From Elusimicrobiota bacterium (lineage in GTDB: Bacteria; Elusimicrobiota; Elusimicrobia; F11), in assembly GCA_044221725.1 (NCBI GenBank), contig JBGAON010000001.1, positions 640,001 through 704,000 of the forward strand: a stretch of 64,000 bases of DNA, written 5' to 3'. This document shows, piece by piece, positions 57,507 through 64,000 of the stretch; positions within the stretch are counted from its first letter, which is position 1; every line of letters begins with the position of its first letter. The notes under the pieces were generated by a model. The model did not search any database and was not told the DNA's origin. It worked only from the letters and a program-made list of their open reading frames with translations. A program made the position numbers and the translations under genes.

Positions 57507-60347
57507 ACGAATCGAATAACGAAATCAAAGGGTGTTTCGCTGCCGGAATTGATCGTGGGAACGATGGTCATCGGTCTGGTCGTCATTGGTTCGGCTCGGT
57601 CTCTCGTGCCGGTTTACCGCGGCTACGTCCGGAATCAGCAAGTCCTCAAGATCGAACAAAAATTAAACACGGTAACGGATGTTATTCGCCACGACACCGA
57701 TAGTTTTGACTTGCCTTCTTTTACCCAACTCACGCCCGCCAAGCACCCCGCTTCTGACGCGCAAGTCGAAGTGCTGTACACAGTCCAAAATATTGATCCA
57801 ATCAGTCGGTCGCGGGACGTCAATTTAACAGCAACATGGATCGCCGGAAACAACGACGCCAATTCATTGGTGCGAACGCGAACATTCACCGTCATGAAAC
57901 TCCGGAATTCGTTGCGGAACGCAATGATTACTGGGACGGTCGTTCATCCAAATGGTGCGCCGGCGGTCGGCATAAATGTTACGGCTCCCGGACAGGTGTT
58001 GGCTCAGGTTTCTGCTGTAACGAACGCGAACGGTGAATATGCGTTGAGCAACGTGCTCGTTTCAAAAGATGGGATCTATATCACCGTCAATGGCGAATCG
58101 AAGCGCAATTATTTTCTCAATCCCGCTTCTTTTCACAAAGATTTCAAAACCGCCGAGACCAAGGAACAAACAACGGTTCAAATGCCTCCGATTGAGATTC
58201 GTCCGCCCGGAAAAATTCAAGGCCGCGTGACGATGGTAAATTCATCAAATGGTGTCCCCAACGTGAAGATTTTCGTGGTCCAAAAACAAATGATCATTAA
58301 TGGCGACTACAAACAAACGGCCATCACCGATGAGAACGGGGATTATGTTTTTACGGACGTGATCACGGGGCAATATTGGATTTACATGCTCGGAAACAAC
58401 AGTATCGCCGCTCATGGGAAACCGGCTGCTTTTGGTTATGACAAGACGACCAAATCCCTGCTCGATCCCGGCGATTACTATAAGTTTAACCCAACGAATA
58501 CGCACGCGACGGTGGACAGTGGCAGCACGGGCGACGCGTTGACAAAAAATTTCTCCGTTATCAAAAAAGGAGATGTGCATGGGACGGTCCGCACCGTTCG
58601 TTACGTCGGTGGTCAGTACGTTGTCGGCCAACCGCTGGCAAACCAAACGTTTCGATTCCAGAGATACTATGCGTTTACAAACATCAACTCTCCATCCCAA
58701 GGCACGTTGCTCGATTTTCGGAATACCACAGCGTTTCGCGACGTCTACTTCAATTATTTTGATTTGAGTTTAAGTAACTTCGGACCAAATTATGAGAGTT
58801 ATTACGATGAAGATTTGCCGTTCACAACGGATGCCAATGGAAATTATACGGTGCCAAATGTCGGGCCTTCGATTGTTGACCCGACTCAAGATATGTCGCT
58901 GCAATACACCACCGCTAAAATCGGTATCGGATCTTTTCAATACGATAACACGTCACAAAAGCCTGCCTCGCCGATATTTGTAGTGTTGCCGCTCACGTCC
59001 CCGCGTTTCGCGATTCCCGGGTGGGGCTCTTTTGAATATCGTCCAGCATATGTCCCTCCGGCCTCGCCGAATTTCACTCCGACACTCGGCGGACCTGTAA
59101 GTAGTGACGGTTCTCCGCTCACCCCTTTTAACAACACTTACGACGATCCTAACCTCGATGCGTTTGGTCATCCAAAGCTGTTTGCCGGCGTCGACAATGT
59201 GTACGACATCTACTTGCTCGAGCGGGAAGACGGCACGTTTGGCAACATCTATGGAGAAATTTCGAATTCGGACGGTTCGCCGTTTCCGTATTTGGGGTAC
59301 ACGCAGGCCGCCTTAACCGCGGAAGTTAGGGATATTGGAAGTATGAACTCCGTAACCCCTTTTGGTCTGTCGCCTTCATTTTGGTGCGTCGCTCCGGATT
59401 ATTCCACGCGCAATTGTTTTAATTTCAAATACAAAACCAATTTCGTGTCGAACTATTGGGTCGACTATCGTGGCTTAATTCCGAATCTCGATGCGACCGA
59501 CAGAACGCGTTTGTATTTCACTCAATACGGGCCGAGTACGATGGTGGATGTCTATATAAAGGGCAGCGTGCGCGCCTACCGAAAAACCCAAGATAATGGG
59601 AAATTTGATTTTGAGCAATTGATTCCTACCGATACCAATTTGACTCTAGCGGTCGAAGCGCGGCACGGTCAGGCATGGAGTACGGCTTTCCCGGTATGGT
59701 GGAATGAAAATCTTTCGGTTACGAATGGTCTCTTTGTCACCGGCGCGCACTCCAACGATACCTACATGGAGTATTTAGGGAAGGGTGTTGCCGACGTACA
59801 ACCGGGTCAGGATACCTATTGCCCTATTACCATTGATGATTCTCAAACACGCCAGCGTTGGGGTGGATTTGTGCTTCGGGTTACCGGCGGAGAGTGGACG
59901 CAATACATACAGGAAACCAGTGCGGGCGAATATGTTTATACGGACTACAATTCGGCGCACCCTGCTAACGAACTGACTGGGATGTTAAGCCTCTACCATA
60001 TCAGCAAGGCGAACGTGACGGGAGTCGTAAAGAATGCGGCGGGAAATCCAATAGCGAACGCTGTTGTGCGTTTGATGCGATCGTCCACCTACGGATATAT
60101 CGACCCGGTATATTATCATCCGGATTATCCGCCGCTCTATTTTCAAACAGGGGCCGATGGCCGCTTTACTTTTAGTGATGTGAAATTTGTCGAGTTGCAG
60201 GGAACGAATCTCAACATCAAGGTCACCGCATCAGGATATATTGAAGGAACCGATACGTCGGAAGCCATCGATGGTTTTTCTTGGACGCGAGATTTCACGT
60301 TGCTGACACCCGCCGTCACTGCGATCGTGAGCGATGGTGATTTGTAA
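57507..60347 (+). CDS. Large type IV pilin-like (PilV-type head) protein fused to several carboxypeptidase-regulatory-like/prealbumin beta-sandwich domains
   Basis: In-frame upstream extension reads (ACG)NRITKSKG|VSLPELIVGTMVIGLVVI, a class III signal. Repeated 'G.V....G.P.....V.....T..NG.Y' units. First canonical start codon is TTG 57549. Confidence 0.75.
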   Translation, partial: TNRITKSKGVSLPELIVGTMVIGLVVIGSARSLVPVYRGYVRNQQVLKIEQKLNTVTDVIRHDTDSFDLPSFTQLTPAKHPASDAQVEVLYTVQNIDPISRSRDVNLTATWIAGNNDANSLVRTRTFTVMKLRNSLRNAMITGTVVHPNGAPAVGINVTAPGQVLAQVSAVTNANGEYALSNVLVSKDGIYITVNGESKRNYFLNPASFHKDFKTAETKEQTTVQMPPIEIRPPGKIQGRVTMVNSSNGVPNVKIFVVQKQMIINGDYKQTAITDENGDYVFTDVITGQYWIYMLGNNSIAAHGKPAAFGYDKTTKSLLDPGDYYKFNPTNTHATVDSGSTGDALTKNFSVIKKGDVHGTVRTVRYVGGQYVVGQPLANQTFRFQRYYAFTNINSPSQGTLLDFRNTTAFRDVYFNYFDLSLSNFGPNYESYYDEDLPFTTDANGNYTVPNVGPSIVDPTQDMSLQYTTAKIGIGSFQYDNTSQKPASPIFVVLPLTSPRFAIPGWGSFEYRPAYVPPASPNFTPTLGGPVSSDGSPLTPFNNTYDDPNLDAFGHPKLFAGVDNVYDIYLLEREDGTFGNIYGEISNSDGSPFPYLGYTQAALTAEVRDIGSMNSVTPFGLSPSFWCVAPDYSTRNCFNFKYKTNFVSNYWVDYRGLIPNLDATDRTRLYFTQYGPSTMVDVYIKGSVRAYRKTQDNGKFDFEQLIPTDTNLTLAVEARHGQAWSTAFPVWWNENLSVTNGLFVTGAHSNDTYMEYLGKGVADVQPGQDTYCPITIDDSQTRQRWGGFVLRVTGGEWTQYIQETSAGEYVYTDYNSAHPANELTGMLSLYHISKANVTGVVKNAAGNPIANAVVRLMRSSTYGYIDPVYYHPDYPPLYFQTGADGRFTFSDVKFVELQGTNLNIKVTASGYIEGTDTSEAIDGFSWTRDFTLLTPAVTAIVSDGDL

Positions 60348-60999
60348 GTCGGGTTATCGCAGCTCCACGCGCGCGGGAGTTACGCTCATCGAAGTCATCA
60401 TTATTGTCCTGTTGCTCACGGCCGCGATTGCGCTCGCACAGAAAGGGGTCGGGGTGGTTAACACGCTTGTTAATTTTAAAGCGAGCATGGAGGCACAAAG
60501 TATGGCGGACGCCGCCATCTCTCGACTGATTCAAGAACTAAAAAATGCAAATAACATTGTTACGCTCGAACCTGGAAAACTTGTGTTTACGGTATTTAAC
60601 ACGGAACGCGGTTACGATGTGAATCAATTTGATTTTTTGGATCCAGCCACGTTTGGCACGGTGGCGTACGAATTTGTCACGACTCCGCAGGGAGCTCGAC
60701 TCAAACGCACCGTGGATTTCCCGGCGGCGGCTTTGCGGCACGGCGTCAATGCGGCGTATCACGAAGAGGGGTTTCTCTGCACCAATATTTTGGTTCCGCC
60801 CGACACGAGCAATCTCGCGAGCGTCAAGGCAACGAGCATTTTTGCTCCGATATTCGGATGGACCGCGGCCCCCTTTTCAATGGTCGCCGCTGATAAACTC
60901 GATGCTGTTCGCATATCGTTTCGAGTGAAACCGCCGTTGGCCGTGCGAGCCGTGCGCACGTTCGAGCAGGATATCACGTTGCGATCGCGAGTGATTTGA
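60334..60999 (+). CDS. Prepilin-type N-terminal cleavage/methylation protein (PilW/PulJ-like minor pilin)
   Basis: RAG|VTLIEVIIIVLLL; C-terminal 'ITLRS'. Confidence 0.8.
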   Translation: MVICKSGYRSSTRAGVTLIEVIIIVLLLTAAIALAQKGVGVVNTLVNFKASMEAQSMADAAISRLIQELKNANNIVTLEPGKLVFTVFNTERGYDVNQFDFLDPATFGTVAYEFVTTPQGARLKRTVDFPAAALRHGVNAAYHEEGFLCTNILVPPDTSNLASVKATSIFAPIFGWTAAPFSMVAADKLDAVRISFRVKPPLAVRAVRTFEQDITLRSRVI

Positions 61000-62342
61000 T
61001 GCGACACCCAAAAACGAATAACGCGGGCTCCATGTTGGTTTACGCGGTGGTCATCGCGTTAACGGCCGCAGTTCTTTTTGCAGCGATCGGGCGAATTGCA
61101 CGTTACAACGCATCGCAGTTTGTTCATACCGAAGCAACAAATCGACTCATGCAAATTGCCGAGAAAGGATTGAACGAAGCAATCAGCGAATTGGGGCGCA
61201 ATTCGGATATCGCGTTGTTTGACACGTCCATCAAAGTAAGCCCGGATGATCCGTTAGCAACCTATCAAAATACCGTCCAACGGCGGGATATACCGGAACT
61301 GGGAATTTATTACATCAAGACCACCGTCAGCCGCACAACCAACGGTTCCACTGAAAAGGCTGCGCTGCATTCGTATGTGCGTGTGGTCAATGTGTCCGAC
61401 TATTTTGCTGCGGTTTCCGATGTGCTCACAATTTCACATGGCGCGGATATCAGTGGCGGGAAGATTTATGCACCCAAATTGGTGTTTCAATGGAACGATG
61501 GGAATTCAACGCCGACGCGCGTCGGTTCGGCGGCGTTTTACGATACGTGTGATCCACCCTTGGCCGGTGATAAAAGTTGGCCCGGAAATGTAAAACAGGA
61601 TGTGCAAATACTGAACACGCCGAAGAACGCACCGGTTCAATTAACGGCTCCTTTGTTTTTTCCGCAATTAAGCGATCAGGACATGGCGCGGTACCGAATT
61701 CTTGCTGGTCCGCACACCGTGCAAAACACGTTTTCCGGGGAAATCTACCCGCCCGGCTATTCCGATTTCACGACGAACGAAGCGGGGGACACCTATAATG
61801 ATTCGGGTGGAAACAGTCTCCACACCACCGAAAACACGCAGCATGTGTATTTCTTTGATGGTGATATTTATCTGCAAGGTCGCGTTCATGGTCAAGTGCT
61901 TTTTGTTGCGACAGGCGATATTCACATCACCGGCGATTTGCGCTGCGCTGATAATGCCGAGGCGTTGCCTGGAGGGGGCGCCGCCGATTCTTCCAAAGCG
62001 CATCAGCCGGTTGTTCTCACGAAAAAAAATATTTTTATCGACAAGATAACGGTGGATCCGAACGCGCCCGGCACGGTGACCGAAACAATTCAGGGTTTGT
62101 TTATCGCGCCGAACAGCTCGTTAATTCCTGTTTCGTACGGCAACGAAACAATTCACGGTAAATTGGTTCTCGATTTCACAGGGTCGTTGATTATGTCGAC
62201 GTTGAAATCGACTCCAACATTGCCGTCCATTTTTAAAGCCGGACGGACATATGCGTATTTGGATTCGTTGGCAACAAACACGCCGCCCTACCTGCCGGCG
62301 TTCGCGGAAATTCTGTACTCGTTGTTTGATCAATCCATTTAG
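60999..62342 (+). CDS. PilX/PulK-like minor pilin
   Basis: NAG|SMLVYAVVIAL (no E5, as typical of PilX), 'IAEKGLNEA'; C-terminal GDIYL.G...G.....ATGDIHITGDL. Confidence 0.7.
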   Translation: MRHPKTNNAGSMLVYAVVIALTAAVLFAAIGRIARYNASQFVHTEATNRLMQIAEKGLNEAISELGRNSDIALFDTSIKVSPDDPLATYQNTVQRRDIPELGIYYIKTTVSRTTNGSTEKAALHSYVRVVNVSDYFAAVSDVLTISHGADISGGKIYAPKLVFQWNDGNSTPTRVGSAAFYDTCDPPLAGDKSWPGNVKQDVQILNTPKNAPVQLTAPLFFPQLSDQDMARYRILAGPHTVQNTFSGEIYPPGYSDFTTNEAGDTYNDSGGNSLHTTENTQHVYFFDGDIYLQGRVHGQVLFVATGDIHITGDLRCADNAEALPGGGAADSSKAHQPVVLTKKNIFIDKITVDPNAPGTVTETIQGLFIAPNSSLIPVSYGNETIHGKLVLDFTGSLIMSTLKSTPTLPSIFKAGRTYAYLDSLATNTPPYLPAFAEILYSLFDQSI

Positions 62343-62360
62343 TGGCGGAGGAGGTTCGCT

Positions 62361-62870
62361 ATGTTGAACAAATTTATTTTCGTGCTGCTTGTGTTCTGTG
62401 GCGTGTTGATTTTTGCTTTGTCACAACTTCATCGCGTTCCACCGGCGCTCCCCTCGCATGGAAGGGTGCTTACCCCGGAACAAGGCAGCACGGCGATGCA
62501 TGAACAACAACAAACGACGGCTCTTTCGAGTGTAACGGAGGCGATTCCTCAAGAGAAAGGCAATGCGGCCGGTGCTGTTGCAAACCGTATAAAAGAAATT
62601 CCGGTAACTCGAACCGACCTGCAGAAAGCCCCGGTCGGCGAATTTCAAGGCGCTCCCATCGAAGATTCGCGTTTCATTAAAAAATACACGCTCGAACCGG
62701 GAAAACTAAACTCGGTGCCGCAGCTCAGCCATCCGATGGTAATGACCGAAGAAAATGCAAAATTGATGTTGCGGCAACCGCCCATGCCAGCGATGTCGAA
62801 CCCGGTGAATGCCGCGCCACCGGCAGGATGGATGCCCTCGCCCCAAAATATGACCCGTGAGCGGAAATAA
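62361..62870 (+). CDS. Hypothetical membrane-anchored Pro-rich protein
   Basis: GGAGGAGG RBS; N-terminal hydrophobic helix. Confidence 0.6.
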   Translation: MLNKFIFVLLVFCGVLIFALSQLHRVPPALPSHGRVLTPEQGSTAMHEQQQTTALSSVTEAIPQEKGNAAGAVANRIKEIPVTRTDLQKAPVGEFQGAPIEDSRFIKKYTLEPGKLNSVPQLSHPMVMTEENAKLMLRQPPMPAMSNPVNAAPPAGWMPSPQNMTRERK

Positions 62871-62975
62871 CGGGCCCGTCTCGGTCTCCCGCACAACTCT
62901 TAAAATTGTACATTGTTACAGCTTATTTACGGTTTTTTAACCTCTCCTTAATTTCCGTATGTTAAAAGTTTGGAG

Positions 62976-64000
62976 ATGCGAAAATCGTCCTCCCTTTCGA
63001 AAATATTTTCCGCGTCGCTGTGTACCGTTTATTTCGCTACAAATTGCACTTTCGCGTATTCCGCCGAAGTTAATTTTTGGACCGAACGACGGCAAGCTTC
63101 GACGTTACCAACGCCGTTGCCCCGGCATGTCTCTGTCCAGGGCGCCCTTTTTTCCTCTCTCGCCTCCTGTGGCACCGTCCGCAAAATATTAAGACCCTCC
63201 GGCATTGCGAAGTCCACGGTTCTCCATATTCAGGATGTGCACATGAACGGGGACGCGCAGAAATATATCGGGAACGCGCTTTCGCAGCTGATGAAGTCCA
63301 AAAATATTGAATTCGTTGCGCTGGAAGGAGCGTTCGGCGCAATTGATCTTTCCGTATTTCAAACATACTCCGAGCCGCACGCCGTGAAAGCGGCCGCCGA
63401 TTTTCTGCTACGCGAGAACAAGATTTCCGGTGCGATACATGCTCTCTTGGTGAGTCATTCCGCGGTCAACGCTATTGGAATCGACGATGAAACCCACTAC
63501 CGTGCAAACGTGGAAGCGTACCGCCGTTCCGCTCCTCTTATCCCGTCGATAAAAAAGCAACTTGTCGAACAAGAAAAACGGCTTGCCGAAAAAAAGAAGA
63601 ATATTTTTAACTCGCAGCTCGCGGCGTTTGATGCGCAGGTTGCGGCTTATCATGGTGGCGTTGTCAGTATGGCCAATTATGTGAGAGCTCTTTTGAAATA
63701 CGATTCAATGCCGACCAGCAACATTCGGTTGTACGAGAAATGCGTCGCGCTGGAAAACGCATTGGATTTCTCGCGAGTCGAAGCGCAGCGCACGGCACTT
63801 CTTGCTGTTCTAACAAAACGCCTCTCCGAGAATGAAAGCGCTGGGCTCCTCACGGCGACCGCAGATTACCGCAAAGACCGACTTCGACATGCGGATTTTT
63901 ATGGATATCTGAAGAAACTTTGCACATCCAAAGGTATTTCGCTGACACGGTACCCGGCCATGGATGATTATCTTCGGTATGTAACTATGAGCGACGCGAT
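62976..64000 (+). CDS. 5' part of a large secreted protein with an 'IQDxH..AQ / EG / GIDD' N-terminal domain (runs off the window)
   Basis: Absent from the ORF track because there is no stop in the window. Manual translation from ATG 62976: MRKSSSLSKIFSASLCTVYFATNCTFAYSAEVNFWTERR...VLHIQDVHMNGDAQKYI...VALEGAFG...GIDDETHYRANVEAYRR. Confidence 0.8.
   Translation, partial: MRKSSSLSKIFSASLCTVYFATNCTFAYSAEVNFWTERRQASTLPTPLPRHVSVQGALFSSLASCGTVRKILRPSGIAKSTVLHIQDVHMNGDAQKYIGNALSQLMKSKNIEFVALEGAFGAIDLSVFQTYSEPHAVKAAADFLLRENKISGAIHALLVSHSAVNAIGIDDETHYRANVEAYRRSAPLIPSIKKQLVEQEKRLAEKKKNIFNSQLAAFDAQVAAYHGGVVSMANYVRALLKYDSMPTSNIRLYEKCVALENALDFSRVEAQRTALLAVLTKRLSENESAGLLTATADYRKDRLRHADFYGYLKKLCTSKGISLTRYPAMDDYLRYVTMSDA

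Noticed and set aside
62959..63192. 77-aa ORF from the track (and other short ORFs at 63.0-63.7 kb)
   Set aside because: They overlap the long open frame from ATG 62976, which has better protein-like features.
57338..64000. tRNA-anchored genomic island or prophage
   Set aside because: No integrase, no duplicated tRNA 3' end and no phage genes in the window; composition could not be computed.

Overview
Gene-dense bacterial chromosomal window with no transposase, integrase, rRNA or CRISPR array visible. A PorV/UPF0164-type gene, a FlgD/T9SS-like sorting domain and an 'IQDxH' N-terminal domain suggest Elusimicrobiota or a related lineage (inference only). Contents in order: (1) 1-10.6 kb, an FN3/lectin surface protein with a PorV-like partner, then a synthase-dependent exopolysaccharide operon of unusual architecture: a UDP-HexNAc dehydrogenase broken by an A8 run, a PilZ-hyaluronan-synthase/NodC-like GT2 fusion, a pseudo-deacetylase/beta-sandwich protein, and a TPR-CE4 deacetylase-beta-barrel fusion. 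This is the best candidate for an undescribed system. (2) glmS at the end of a poly-HAMP hybrid kinase / REC-PAS kinase unit, plus a response regulator and an ECF sigma factor. (3) Glycogen debranching enzyme, treZ and DUF2383 stress genes. (4) A methyltransferase, tRNA-Arg(UCG), tRNA-Leu, tig-clpP-clpX-lon, a class V aminotransferase and serA. (5) A 9-gene GT9/GT4/GmhB/carbamoyltransferase/GT2/radical SAM/MFS cluster. (6) A complete alternative complex III plus A2-type cytochrome oxidase operon. (7) tRNA-Lys, tRNA-Glu, a minor-pilin cluster whose first gene is a ~945 aa pilin-adhesin fusion that appears to start at ACG, and the 5' end of a probable giant protein running off the window. All calls come from reading motifs by eye; no database searches were run.
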